Positions 47,393 to 61,073 of a DNA stretch of 64,000 bases are shown in pieces (position 1 is the first letter of the stretch; each line of letters opens with the position of its first letter). The stretch covers positions 23,126,001-23,190,000 of the forward strand of contig OZ004614.1 in NCBI GenBank assembly GCA_963924565.1, given 5' to 3'. The notes beneath the pieces were generated by a model. It made no database searches and was not told the DNA's origin. It saw only the letters and a program-made list of their open reading frames with translations. The stretch comes from Ascidiella aspersa (Eukaryota). The position numbers and the translations under genes were made by a program.

Positions 47393-48554
47393 AGTACGCT
47401 CCATATTCTTCATTCTTTCATAACGTGGTAAAAAATAACAAACTCTTTTTTATTGTCCATGAACATAACGTGGTGACAAAACACATTTTAATGAAAAACC
47501 TGTCCAAAACGCTTACAAAATCTTCCTTACTATAAACTTGAAAACATGTTAAACACTACAGTCGCAAAAGGGAGGACCGCTTGTCATTACAAAATAGCAA
47601 GACCAGTAGGTCGGGTGATTAGCGACATTTAATTGCGGAATAATTAGCATCATATTGGATTGAATTAATTAGCTCGGTTGAAACCACTTGCCTGGACTTC
47701 ATGGTATTTAGCGTAACAATTGGGGGGATTGGGTTATTGGGGCCAAATCACCGTTTATTTAGGAGTTATTAACTATATATTTAAGATAAAAAAAATATCT
47801 TTGTCCAATTTAGTCACTTGGCTGCAACTCTATAATTACTTTTATGCCTTAAATACTTTTCTGAAGTGCAACTAATAATTACAACTGACTCCAAGAAATA
47901 ACACATTTGATCAAAACTATTTATGTGACCTGTCCCTTAATGAAAGTCGCGCGCATATTCCAGTAATATATTTTTTAAATCTATTCCGCTGACTGTTACT
48001 CCTGCCCTTTGCTTAAATTAGCGCACACTTTACCGTAATACCTTTTTCAAATTTATTCCACCAACTCGACTCTGTTCTGGCTCTACTGACATTAGCGCAC
48101 ACATTCCAGGGTCGAAAAACCATGAACAACCCACAGCAGTGGTCACCGGACCAGCGCTAACCTCGACTGACAGCGCTGACCAACTGGCGGTCGGCTAGCT
48201 TTCTTTGCCCGGGCACCTTTTTCCTTTTTCCCGTGAAATCGCTCTTCCCGTAGTATAAGGCGGCGCGAATGTCGACCACAAAAGGCCGGAGAGGCTTTCA
48301 ATCTCTCGTTTCGCCACAATTGAAAAGGTAGGTGCCCCCCACAGTTTTCGGCCGCGACTTTTGCCCTTTCATGCATTGTAGTGAGGTCCTACTTGGCCAT
48401 ATGGCCTCCCTTGCTCGAGCGGACAGGTAGAAACGCGACCGTAAAATTGACCGCACAACTATAAAACAACCAAATTTCGTTTTTCTACGACCAGAAGTTT
48501 AACACCTTATGTTTAGTTTTCAATTCCTTGAAACCTGTTACCTCTTTCAATGCT

Positions 48555-48755
48555 ACACTCAATATTGGCTATTTACTGTTTTATTTCTGTCAAAATTATG
48601 CCTTAAAATCCTAACGGCACAGCTGATTTGAAGGTCTTTTCAGGCCCCTTGCTGTGCCGGCCGTGTTAAGGATGCAGTTTAGTCTTTCGTTCGACAATTG
48701 CCATTTGTACTTATCTGTATGCGTGGCAAATAAAACTTGCTGATTTACTGACTTT
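48555..48755 (+). mobile_element. Dispersed repeat resembling a LINE/SINE 3' end (second copy 52957-53148)
   Basis: ~190-bp near-identical segments ending in gcgtggcaaataaaactt plus a short simple tail. Confidence 0.65.
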
Positions 48756-49291
48756 CTTTTTTTCAAAGTGACACAGCCTTAAATTTTGAACTACGCATGC
48801 AAACAAATGCTAAGTTTATAATATTTTAGCTAATTTCAGTAATCAGTATGCCTTATAGCGAAATTCGCAAAACTGCATGCGGCAAGTTTAGTAATACAGC
48901 TAGGCAAAAGCATCGAAATTTAACCTAAATGCTGAGCAGAAATACCATATTTTACGCCCCGCTGACTAAACACATTGCTAAACATTTTAAAATAGGCCAC
49001 GCTAATAACATTATGCACAACAAGCGCATCGAAATTATAAAAATATACGTCAACCTACTGTCATAACCTCGCTCAAAGTTTTCTGTCACTAGCTAAAGGA
49101 CCATTAGGAACGACGCAATTAAATGGCAGAAAGCAGTGTGGCTAAATGGCTTCACGTGACTAATAATCCCGTCGCCTAGGACCTTTGCATTTATCGATAC
49201 GCGTGCTATTTAAATCAGGCGCAAAATCGAACGGCGCCTTATCAAGTCTAGCCTCGAAAACAGCCAAGCTCAACCCTTGGCTATGCAGCTA

Positions 49292-49670
49292 GTAGCGATG
49301 TCCGATAATATCGGATCGTTGCCGATACCTGATGCTAAGTTGTAGTATCGATACTCGTCCGATACTAGGGTGGTATCGCTGCCGATCCGATAGCAAATTA
49401 ACATTGGAATATCAGACATTATTTGTATTTCACTGCGGCGATTTCTGTTTTGAAAGTAAAAAAAATAAAAAAAATAAAATATATTAAACTAAACTTTCTA
49501 TCTTTAAAGCCATTTTTGGTTTGAGGATCAGTAAGAAATACATTTAAACGGTTCAATTTTATCTATTTTACTTGGTTGGGCGTAGTAATGACGTAATTTG
49601 CTATAGAATCGGATCGCGATACTTTTTGTCCAAAATATCGGAATAAAATTAAGTATCGGACTTCCCTATA
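49292..49670. mobile_element. MITE family B with TAGGGATGTCCGATA-like termini and CCGATA/TATCGG sub-repeats; related copies ~6300-6395, 6720-6810, 16820-17245, 37110-37200, 40165-40400, 42745-43350
   Basis: tagcgatgtccgata ... tatcggacttcccta termini; shared internal gatccgatacc arrays. Confidence 0.75.
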
Positions 49671-49699
49671 GCGAGGTAGGCGGTCGATCTCATTCAAAG

Positions 49700-50900
49700 G
49701 AAAACCGGTTTATGAAGCTCCTTATATCCAAATCAATTTCCCATTAGCCAATGCAGGCGCGCAACACGTTGGCGGCGAATCCAGTAACTATCGATTGGCC
49801 GGAGTCGGAGTTTGGCATTTTGCGCCGATGTCCGTTTAGCAAATAGCCTGTGATTTCGCGATTGTTAACAACAGCTCTGAGACCCAATTCCCGCCGGGAA
49901 AACAAATTACGGAGACGGTCGCGTCTTGAGTTACGGCTGTTGTTTGTCCTTCTCCCAACCAAGCGACAGTTTTACTCGGCTCGGCTGTTTGGTGACTTTA
50001 CGTCGCGAATCGCCAATAAACGGCATGACGTCACGCGAAAATGTAACGATCTGAAGGCGACTGTCGCCGAATCCATCGTGACTAATTTCCGATATCTATC
50101 GAACTGCGGCGCGGCGACATCGGAAACGAAAAGGACGCTTGACCGCAAAATGATGCTCGGATTGCGGCCGAATCCGACGCGCCGCTGATGTCGAAATTCC
50201 AGTGATTTTCTATTTTAAAACGCTGAAATGTTGTACGCTTTCTGTTCCAGACACGAATGTCGACTCTATGATCGATCGTCTACAAAACGTATAATATTTG
50301 ATCGATTGCCCGCAAAAACGTCAAACTGTGGTTGGAAAACAAAAAATTCGGCACCCAAATCGCTCACAAAACAAGAAAAATTACCAAAACGAGAAAACCT
50401 CGAAACTGTGAGCACTTATAACACCGCGGTCTTATTTGCACAGGATTTCGCCGCGAACCAGCAACGCAAAAAATCCACAAAAGCGGCGTCTATAGCTTTG
50501 CGGGTGTAATTACAAGCTGACGTTCGGCCCCTTGGCCTTTCTGGGCCGTCGGTCAAAATTTAAACCTTTACAACTGTGCTGTACTTTCTCTACATTTGCT
50601 GCAACAGCCTACAGCCTAAAAATCACTGTCAGACGACTAACACCGCGAAAAACTCGGCCGCATTAACCTCTCTGCTCGGGCCGCGAATGCTGGCGAAAAA
50701 AACGTTACGGCCCCGACGCACACACTCACTCACACACGCGCGCATACGCGAGCGTGCTCGCACACCCACTTCAAATCGACTTCTCAGACGACGGCGCCGT
50801 TAGTTGTGTGCGGGCGATGAGAAAAACGCTGGTTTTGTTGGGTTTGTTTGGTGATTTAGAGGGGAATCCCCTTCGACGCTGGCCTGCTGTACAGCTCAAC
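49700..50900. promoter_or_regulatory. CpG-rich island, possible teneurin promoter or 5'UTR region
   Basis: High CpG density, CA/CG-alternating tract at 50716-50768, TGACGTCA at 50026; no convincing coding frame. Confidence 0.35.
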
Positions 50901-52369
50901 TCATCTTGGAAGTAAAGGAATCCTGTTTGCTTGCAAATGGAATGGTTGTTTTAACATAAATGAAGTAATGAATGTACTGCTTCTTCCAGGCATTGTATCA
51001 ATTGTAAAATTGTTTTTTCGGCAAATATTTTTTTATTAATAGATGTACCGACGTTCCGATATCCTATACGGGAAATCCTCACCAGGGCAAAGATATTGCA
51101 ACTGGACGAAACATTTATATATGGCAGTCATACAATAAGAAACAACACGGTTTACAAGACAAGGAGAGAAAAACAATTTAGCCGATAACAAGAACAATGC
51201 AACAACGAGGCTGCAGTTTTTTTATTTTAACAAATGACAAGCATTTTTTGTTTATTTTGTAAGTGAACAAAATATTACGATTTGCGTTTTATTTTCCTCG
51301 TTTGCTTGACCGACTATAGTTTTAAATTGTTTTATTTCGCTTTTTTAATTTTCATAATCCCAAAAGAGATCTTTGTTATAATCGAACAGCCGCCTATCGT
51401 TCAAAAAAGAAAACAAATAGGTTGACATTGTTTAAAAACATTGCTTGTTCACAAAAAAAACATATGCATGTTAGTCTTGTGTGCGAAAAAATACTAACAA
51501 AAATCTATGTCTATTTGGCGCAGTATATAAATTATGTGCCGCTGTAAAAATAAGTTTCTGTTGTACGCTTAAATGCGCTTCATATACTCTTCTAATATAA
51601 AACACCACACAAATTCTGCGCCAATGTATCGCATAGAATAATTTGCTGTTATTCCAACAAAATGCTTGTAATAGCTGCGAACAGCCGTCCACTCTGAAAA
51701 AACAACGCACAGTCGTTCAAAAATCAACATTTTTAGTGAAAAATGGCTTAAAAGTTATCTTCGATTTTTACAGATACCGTGTACATTTTTTTAAGTTTTA
51801 GTTTGGTGACCGCTAAGACATTTTTATCAACAAATTGCTGTTTTTCCCACAAAGTGCTGTTTAAAGCTGCGAACAGCCGTGCACTTTGCACACAACACAA
51901 AAGTTTTTACCAACCAGTGGCTGGCTTGAGATTGAACAGGCGGTGCTGTAAAAATTTCCAATAAGGGCGCAACAATAGGTTTTAAACGGATGGTGGTGGC
52001 CATCCGACTTTGAAGCTTCGCCTTAAAAATGTGTATGCCGATTTTAAAACGCGCTGCACACTTTGAAGAGTGAGGGAGTTAGGTCTGTGTAATAAAGATT
52101 TATACTTTGAAACGTTCAGATGTGCGCACTTGCGTTTTACATTCTTACTTTGACCAGATAAAGCTCAGTAGAGCTTGACAAAATTGCAGGTAGTATAATG
52201 ATTGAAGGAAGTTTGCAAAAATAACAAAGCCCATATAGAAGTAGGTAAAATTTTTGAACGTTTAAAATATCTTTTTTAGTTGAATACAGATTTATTAGAA
52301 ACGTTCAATATGTTACCTACTTCTATATAAGGTAATCAGGTGGCACTATATGATAACAAAATTGTATTG

Positions 52370-52497
52370 AAATCTTGACAAGTTTTCGTAAAACCGTGCT
52401 TCATCAGGTCAAAGTGGCCCAGATTTGTATCGCCTACAAACGTCAGATTTCTACTTTGACCTGATGAAGCACGGTTGGGCGAAAGCTTGTCGAGAAT
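52370..52497. mobile_element. Inverted pair of Penelope-type minimal hammerhead ribozyme motifs (+ copy 52456-52493, - copy 52375-52412)
   Basis: TTGAC-CTGATGA-A-GCAC-GGTT-GGGC-GAAA-GC-TT-GTCGA: stem I, catalytic core, stem II, palindromic AGCT stem III. Confidence 0.7.
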
Positions 52498-55400
52498 TCA
52501 AAACAATTTGTCTTTATATAAAGCAACCTGATTACCGTATTTAGAATTAGAGAAATACGGTCATTTACAAAGACTATTTCTATATCGGCTTCGATGTTCT
52601 CCACAACATGACAATACACACGGAGACTTAGTTTCACGAAAGAGTTTCAATTGCGACACAACATCAACATTGTAGAGCAATTGCGACACAGAACAGCTCG
52701 CTATAGCCGAGAGAGAAAATATGAGCTAGTGAAATGAAATAGGGCATCGCAAACAGAGAACGACAGGCGCAAAAGTCGTATTTCAAACGCGACGCAAATA
52801 ACCGACGACGAGCAAAAACTCTCCGTTGGACAACAGGCCGATTTAACGTTAAAATGCAACCTATTTGCCTTTTCCGCATTGCTCAAAATATATTTCGGCT
52901 TTCATTCACATAAAAAAAAATGTTATTCGCTGAAGTCTGCTGTCTTTGTCAATATTATACTCAATTGTGGTTATTTTCTGTTTTATTTCTGTCATAAATA
53001 AGCCTAAAATCCTATTGGCACAGCTGACTAGAAGGTCTTTTCAGGCCCCTCGCTGAGCCCACCATGTTAAGGATGCAGTTTAATTTTTTCGTTGGACAGT
53101 TGCTATTTGTGCTTATCCTTATGCGTGGCAAATAAAACTTACTTTCTAACTTGAGTATAACCAACAGGGTTAAACAAAAAGTGGGGGGTAATTTCAAATT
53201 AAAGATACAGAAAGTTACACAATTACCATTAACGCCGAAGAAGTCGGCCATTTTTTTCCACAGATCTGACTTACACAGTAAGGGGCCATTAAAATCGACT
53301 CTTGTTTTGTTTTCTTTATTATAAACACAGGTTGTTATATCGAAATCGACTTAACTTTTATTTTATTTTTGCAATACAGGTAGTGAAATCTAAACCGACT
53401 TTTCGTTTGCGTAAGACCCAGGCGTATGCCAAGTGCAAACAAACGATACACAATACACCCGGGTCGGGTTATATAGGCGTACATTTAGTCTAGGCTACAA
53501 ACTTCAGGTTATGTCACCTAAACGTGATTTCGCAGCCGAATCGACACTTTCGATCTTTCAGCGCTCGCCATGGGCGTAGAAATACGGTTTGCCCTTTCTA
53601 TTTTGTAAGCAGGGACCTCCTACTGTGCGCAGTTGAAGAAAAATCGTCCTGATAAAAGATTTGGCAATCTGAATGTGTAAAATAAGAAGATATCTCGCCC
53701 TAACAAGGTTTGGAATTGTGTTTTGCTGGGTGCGGGACAAATTTACTTTCACAGGAAGTTCAGGCCAGGTTTTGCACTCCATTGAGCGATTATAACATTG
53801 TAGGCTGGCTCAATAGAAAAATTAACGGCAATTTTAACTTCAAAAATGGTGTTGCTTTTATATATGTATGTGTAAAATGAAAGAGACATATTCGCTTTTT
53901 AAGTTTGTTTAGAAAGAAGTAATTAATACCACTAACTGTTACTACACTGCAAAAAAGAACTACACTGAACACGCCATGGAATTCTAGAACATTTCATCCG
54001 TTACAAATATAAAAAAAGGAATGAAGTGTAAAAACTTTCGATTTATTAGGCGTGTTGGTAAGACGACCTCAAAAATCGCCAGGCTGCCATTTTTCTAAAA
54101 GTTTTGCACCTTTGTATATTTATGTAAGTTTCACACGGCGTCATTGAAGCAGGGGTGAAAGTAGAATAGTTTTACCATCGAAACGATGAAAACATTTTTC
54201 TTTTAACAATTCGGCTTTAGATGTCCTGCACAAATGTGCGAAATAGGCAACAAAATTTTTGGGACATAATAAAAGGACATTTTTTGTCGCTGGTCTAGAA
54301 TCCAGACACACTTTATTCGTTCGGTGGTTTATAATGCTGACATTATTCAGGTTAGAGTGCAAGTGCATGTTAGGGTTTGGGTTCGGGTGGGTAAAGTATT
54401 ATTATTATACTTATTCTACAAACAATTACTTCTTTCTTGTATATTAAATTTTGATAACTCATTTTGTTGCTGTAAAAAGAGTGGTACGAATCTAGACCAG
54501 CGCCAAACTTTTTACCGATACAACATAATTGCGAAAATAATTTTATCAGAAATGCCGTCTTGGGCCGTTCCGCCTTCATTTCACCACTTCTCTGAAATAC
54601 CCAGCTACCACCAATACCAGTGCACAGTGGCCAAGTTCCCCTTTCATTTTGCCGGGTCAATAAAGCGGCGTTACCCACAAACACACACACTGGATCGCAA
54701 CTGGATTCAAACGAAAAGCCCGACGACAAAGGCGTAATTTGATTACGGCGGGCTTCGCCTGATTCGTAGTCCATATACGCATATATATAATATAAATTTA
54801 GCGTTGCCTGTCTTGAAAGCGCAACCTTTAATAATTTATCAGCGCGCCGCTAATTTTAAATATTACCTAACCAAAGTGCGCGCAGCGATAGTTGCTTTCC
54901 GAAACTTGGCGACACAATCAGATTTTTTAATGAAGTCCGGCTTTTCAGACCGATCTGACATCGATTATTTCCTCTAAAAATTATAAAATTTGTTCTTCCG
55001 GAATCTTCTGTTCCTTACAATATCTTTTATTAATAAATGTACTGATTATTATACATAGCTGATTGTTTTGCTGGTATATATATTTTTCGCTCAGCTAGAA
55101 GTTTTAATTGGCCCGATAAAGATTTTCCGTGTGGGTTTTTAGACGTCGGTACATTTAATAAAAAAATAGTTGCCAGAAGAACACAATTTATAATTGATAC
55201 GATGCCTGGCAGCAATCTCAATATTGATTATTCATCTGAAGTATGTAAAAATTATCATGCGAAATATCAAAGTTGAGATATCGTTGGGAGAAATTTGAGA
55301 AACGGTTTCGTCCGTTAAAACACCTTGAAAAACACTGATGACAAGTAATATCTATTTTGCACAATAAGCTCCTAATAACCAAAAAGACGGACGGATAACA

Positions 55401-56308
55401 CTCACGTTAAATCCACTAGGCACATGTCTTTAATCACAGGCCACTACAAGGTACTATTCGTTTCTCATCGCTTTAATTACAGCCCAAATACAGCACAGTC
55501 AAGTGCAGGCACCGATTCTCTAAACTCGACAAAACTTAGCACCTCTCAGTCCAAAATTTCCAGACAAATACACCAAAAGACAACCCTGCTTTGTTCTCAC
55601 GCCTCGCAGGTGCAACTAGCTGGCAAAACACTCTGCACTCTCAGTCGAGCTGCTGAACGCATTCGAGCGCGAACTGGACGCAAAATAATCCCGCGCGTTT
55701 AATTGAACAGCGACGCTACTGTGTTGATTGCGTTCGAATTAGACGGAATGCTAAAATTAGCGCCTTGGCTCTTAAGCTGTTGACTCTCATTGGTGTGGCG
55801 ACTTTAATAGCATGAAAGGGGAATTTATTTGCGACTACTGTCGGTTGGAGGACGCAACACTTTTATCACAAAGAGTCGGACAACTGAGATCATATGTATT
55901 GTTTTTTTTGTAAACACTTGGATATTTTAAGGGACTGAATTTAGTTACCAACTGTCTCATTTTAGTTTTAAGTCAGGTACAATCTTTCAACAGACTGTTA
56001 CATAAATATGAGGGGCGTTTTCTGTCCCTAAAAATAACACCTTAACAAGTATTGACTGTATTGACTTGTTCGGACTGAAAACACTTTCAAAAATACGTAA
56101 GAACTTTCCGTTTTTGAGGCGAAATTATTTCCCCTTCTGTTGTTTACTGCAGCGTTACAACCATGTTTTATTATTTAGTATAAGAAAACAGCTTGCTTAC
56201 TGTCTACTACATTTCTTTTTAAATGACTGTATTGGTCGATTTCTAAATAGGGTAATGTCTACTTCTAATATGGGCCAAGTAGAAAAGATTTGTACCTCGA
56301 CTCTTTAT

Positions 56309-56430
56309 ACAGGGTTGGCCAAAAGTACGGTTATTCCACAGCGTTGGCTTGGAAGAAGAGGTAGCATTGAATGGCCACCACGCTCACCTGGCCTGACACC
56401 AATGGATTTCTTTTAATGGTGTATGAGAAG
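56309..56430 (+). mobile_element. Tc1/mariner relic: TIR fused to a transposase C-terminal fragment
   Basis: ta|cagggttggccaaaagt TIR-like start, then RWLGRRGSIEWPPRSPGLTPMDFF (WPPRSPDLTPxDF motif), disrupted afterwards. Confidence 0.85.
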
Positions 56431-57345
56431 AACCCCAAAACAATAAATTTACTTTTAAACCCAAACCCTACTTTATATAACTGTAAGCCTACTGTTGGCC
56501 CACTCTGGTAGAGTGTCCCCTGATTATCCTGTCTACTTCAGGTTTCCCTAAATGTACTTTTGCCTCTAATAAGCTAGTCGGGTCTGTCAGAATCCCAATT
56601 AGGATTGTGCTATTTAAAAACATACAACCAGCAAAAAGAGATTCCAGCAAGACACAACCTTTATCTCCAGCCAGCCAATTCATCTTCCCTGCTAATGGGT
56701 AAAGCTAGCCTGGGAGCTTCTCCATTTGGCGGACCGCCCGCAGTCCTTCGCTGGCTTCGAACAAGGGAAAGACGCCAAGGATTTAATAAGGCATCGATTG
56801 TGTGGCGCCACAGGCCTGGGGGTTTAGCGAATCGACAGGGGCAGTGGTGGCGTGTACTTTGCGTATCTCGCTCCACAAATAACAGTTTTAGGACTCTCAG
56901 TGCCCTGATTTGGATTAATTCGCACGCACACGCAAGATGGCTGTCTGTTCTGAAATGTTTAACACGTTACCTGCCAAAAAAAAGTGTTTTATTCCAAATG
57001 CACTGTCTAACAGTTTTCTAAATAAGATTCAAGGACATTTAAAGCCTTTTAACAGAAATTTGTAGCCTTTCAAAAACCTAAAAATAGATTGCCTTTTTTA
57101 ATGTAATTTGTAAACAAAACAGTATAAATGGCATGGCCAGCGCAATAACAAGTAGTTAAAGATTTGGTTTTATCAAGGCATTTTGATTGTATGCAGTAAT
57201 TCTAGTGAAATTACTTTTCATATATTAATTTTTTTTAACCTAAAAAGTTGTAATTTGGAACTACCAAGGTCCTTTCGGCAAGAATTTGTAGAAGTACGAG
57301 TTGTATAGAGTTACAAAAGTGCTTCTACTTGCGTAGTTTTCTCTT

Positions 57346-57395
57346 ATTCTACTTTGACCTGGTGAAGCACAATTGTGCGAAGGCTTGTAAAGATT
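57346..57395 (+). mobile_element. Further degenerate copy of the hammerhead-bearing repeat
   Basis: ttctactttgacctggtgaagcacaattgtgcgaaggcttgt. Confidence 0.6.
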
Positions 57396-60300
57396 TTACT
57401 ACGATTTGTTGTTTTTCATGTCGTATTACAGGCATCAAATAAAATGAATGTGAACTGGTTTAATTATTTGGATTCAACTTCCAGCAGAGCACGGAATGCA
57501 AACACAGACCACTCCGACTTTGTTTAACTTGGATTTCCAAGTCAGAAAAAAAGGCTCTTGTTGGAGGTTGGTGGTCGCTTGTTTCAATATAGGGGCAAAC
57601 ATTGGTTGGTTAAAGTGAAAAAGACTTCCAAATTCGACAGGGCCACCGCACGAATAACGCTGTACAGGGATTTCGCACTTTCGTGAGTCAGCGAGCCGTG
57701 TTTATCAAGTGGAAACTGTTATCAGTTCCATTAGGGTGACCTCAGAACATTTAAACAGCTGACTTAACAGCAGGGCGTTTCTTGTTTTGGGGTTTTAGAC
57801 TGGAAAAAAGTAAAAATATTTTAAATGCTATTTACAAAATGACGTCACTCGCTTATAACTCAGCTGGTTGCCTTCAAAAAACGACTTTTTAGAGACTAGA
57901 TATGGCCGTTTCGCGAAAATATTTATTTCAAGATTCTATAAAATGTCAAACTTTATTTACAATAGAAAAGTTAAATGAATAGTTGGTTCAATTTGAGGTC
58001 ATTGTCGTCATTTTTGCAAGAAGGACGAACATTGCTGTCAACGCAAAAAACGCCAAATAAAGCCAACTGCTTGCGTTACGAAGGGCGACCGACGGGGTTA
58101 CACGGGTATTTGCGCAAAATTACGTCATTTCAAGAGCGGCAAATCCAAACGTAAACACACCACCAGCAGTCGGGCGATATCAACTGCGACAAGAAACAGA
58201 AAAAGCGGGAAGGTCAAATGACCCGAAAAGCCTTTCTCCCCGGCACTCTAATACCCCTAGTCCCCCTTTTTGACTGGAATGGGGCGGAAGGCGGTAGGTG
58301 GGGCTTTTGTTTTTGCGTCTGAAATAGCACGCCAGGGAAATCCGAAAAAGTTATTCGCTGCTAATGTTGCTAACACCGTCCGACAATTTCTAGTCGGTTA
58401 ATCATTTATTTGTGACCCTAGAAAGGTGTAGTCAATACAAGGACTGTGTAAAAATTCCAACTCTGTAAGGTCACTGTTATTTGCCATTTGCGTACTTTAA
58501 TTACGGGCATGTTTTGCACTTGTGCACTTAAGCAGTTGTGAATTTTCGGAGGAACATTAAACACACCTTCGGAATGAAGGTGAACATGATCTATGGCTCT
58601 TTTTAAAGATGGTGACTCCCAGTTTATATCGTTAAAGTTTGAACTTGTTGGCTCGACAGTCAAGGGTGACAATCGCTAAATATTCAGATTTAGTAATATT
58701 CATTTTTTTTTTTTAATATTTTTGGCTAAAAGTGAAAAAAATACAAAAAAATTGCTGAAAAGCTTTAGCCAATACCAGGACTGTGTAAAAAATTTAATAT
58801 CTGTAATGTCACAACTTTCAGGGATATTGGTCTATAAACATCTCGGCGCGCTTATTTCGCTCAGGTCATTTTGGGGAGCGTCAAGGCCGCTGTGGGCGTT
58901 GATAGCGACGGGGCCGTTTGGTTTGTCTGATGCAGTTTATTTTATTTGTTGAGGTATTTTTGTATGCTGGCGAGATATGGGTTCTACTGATCTGTAAATG
59001 AATCTAATGCAGCCTACTTTTAAATTTGGGCTGTTTATAAAAGCTACGTTTTCTGTTTTTAAACACAATATTATTAAGAGAAAAAAGTTTTGTTTTCGAG
59101 TATCGCACTCACGGATTTTACCCTGTTAAAATGCATATAATAAAACACACATCCTATAAAGGTACGGACAGGACTATAGGCCGAAATTAGATTCCCATGT
59201 GACAGATCAGCTCTGTCATGTTCCGCTCCAAATTACAGGGTTTAAAATGCGCCCGTGACCCTTCAGACTTCCGTCCTTGGCGTAAACAGAGAAGAGAGGC
59301 GGCGAAAGCGTAAAAATTCACCAAATCGTCACGACACGCAAAAGCCAGGGCTTAAATTCGTCTGGACAGTTCCAATTCCGCGCTTCGCGATGACAAACGA
59401 GGCACAGGCGTCCGAAAAATATTCAGTAAGAGCCCCGTCGCCGATTTTCATCTCTCCGCGGCCTTAACTGTGCTTTGTCAAGGTAAGCCGACACCCAGGC
59501 TGGGGATCCGGTTTTTCAAAGACGCCAGTGGCCATTACGCAATGCGTGACGTCATTAATTCAATGCCCTGGCACTTTTACATGTGTCCGAGGGCTAATCC
59601 GTCGACCCGTGTGTGTCAGGGCGCTATTACAGGGTCTAGTTTCGCGCGAAATTGGCCCCGGAGTGAATCAGAACGATGCCCCCCCTCCCCCTCCCCCTCC
59701 CAGCTCGAAAAATGACGGCGCTTTTGATTTGGTTGTGTGATTTATTTTAAAGGCATGAAAAAATCATCATACATATTTAACAAGACAAGTTATATTTGGA
59801 AGCGTAATGGCTTGAGTTGAGGTTGTAGATAGATGTAAAATTAAAGCCACATAGAAGTTGGTTGCATTTTATGAAAGTTTATCAATATTTAATCAAAGCG
59901 TTCACATAATGCCACTTAATTTTGTACAGGTTTCGATAAGTAATCTACGTACGACATATGTTGTTTTTTTCTTTTATCAGTTTGCAAGGGTCATTTAAAA
60001 GCAGACCTTCATCCGCTTAACATGCATACTCAACTTTTTAGTTAAAAACAGTAAGTAGCAAAAATGGCCTTATTTGTTCTGTAAACATCACACAGATCTG
60101 AATTATGCTTAGCAAAGCTGACAGCGAAAAAAAAAATTTCGGAATTTTGTATATATTCGGTTCGCCATTACATCAAATTACTCGGAGTGAATCACGGCAA
60201 ATTGGAGCGTCGCGACGGTCTAACAATGCCGCCAGAGAGGACACTCAAAAAAACCGTGATAACGACAATCGATTTTTTCTCTTCAGCTGTGAAGAAGCGT

Positions 60301-60768
60301 TCGCCTTGAAGGCGGAATGTGCTCGGCGGCAGTTGTGCAAACACTTGCCCGCCGGGCGAAAGTCGAGACTCGAGTGGCGCATCGGGAGAGAAAAGCGATT
60401 CGGCGGCACTTTGGGCTTTCGAAACCCCGCAGAAGCGCGCCTCCGTCCTGAAGTGCGCTGCTTCGTTTATTGCCCTTTTGGCCTTGAAAAACGCCGCGTC
60501 GCTTCCGTTGAGAGCTACTTGATGTTAGTAATCGGTGTCTTGTCATCGCAAACAGAAACCCACGCCATTCGCCGTCGTATTATGTAACGCTGATAAAAAT
60601 ACAGTGCCGTGCCGTTATCGGTTATGTCCGCTATCGAATACTGGAATGTCGTGTTAATTCCTTATTTGGTGTCTTTCGACTTGTATACCTTCAAACAGTT
60701 TAAAACTGTAAATTTCACATGCGACTTACTAAAAATTCAACTTAAATTCTACTTTTAAGTCTATACAT

Positions 60769-61065
60769 TAGTGTTTCTCAACCTTTTATGGCTAGCGGAA
60801 CCCCTCAGAAATAACAAATACATTGCGCCACTCCTACAAGATTTTACGCAAGTAGTTCACTAGATTGTCACAACAAACGGAACTGAAATAACATACATCA
60901 ATTCTTCAGGATGTAAGAAGTTATAATTTGATTTTCTACTCTAATCTTTACATAAAAAGTTGTAAAAGTTGAGCAAAAATCAGATTCTTAAAGATTCTCA
61001 AATATCTCACGGCACCCTTGAACATTAGAAATGGCACCCCAGGGTACCTCAATTGAGAACCACTG
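60769..61065. mobile_element. Non-autonomous hAT-type MITE with perfect 8-bp TSD
   Basis: TIRs tagtgtttctcaacc / ttgagaaccactg; TSD ctatacat at 60761-60768 and 61066-61073. Confidence 0.9.
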
Positions 61066-61073
61066 CTATACAT

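Noticed and set aside
60105-60587. 160-aa + strand ORF and other 60-140 aa ORFs in introns
   Set aside because: No recognisable domains or splice-phase support; consistent with chance ORFs in CpG-rich or repeat sequence.
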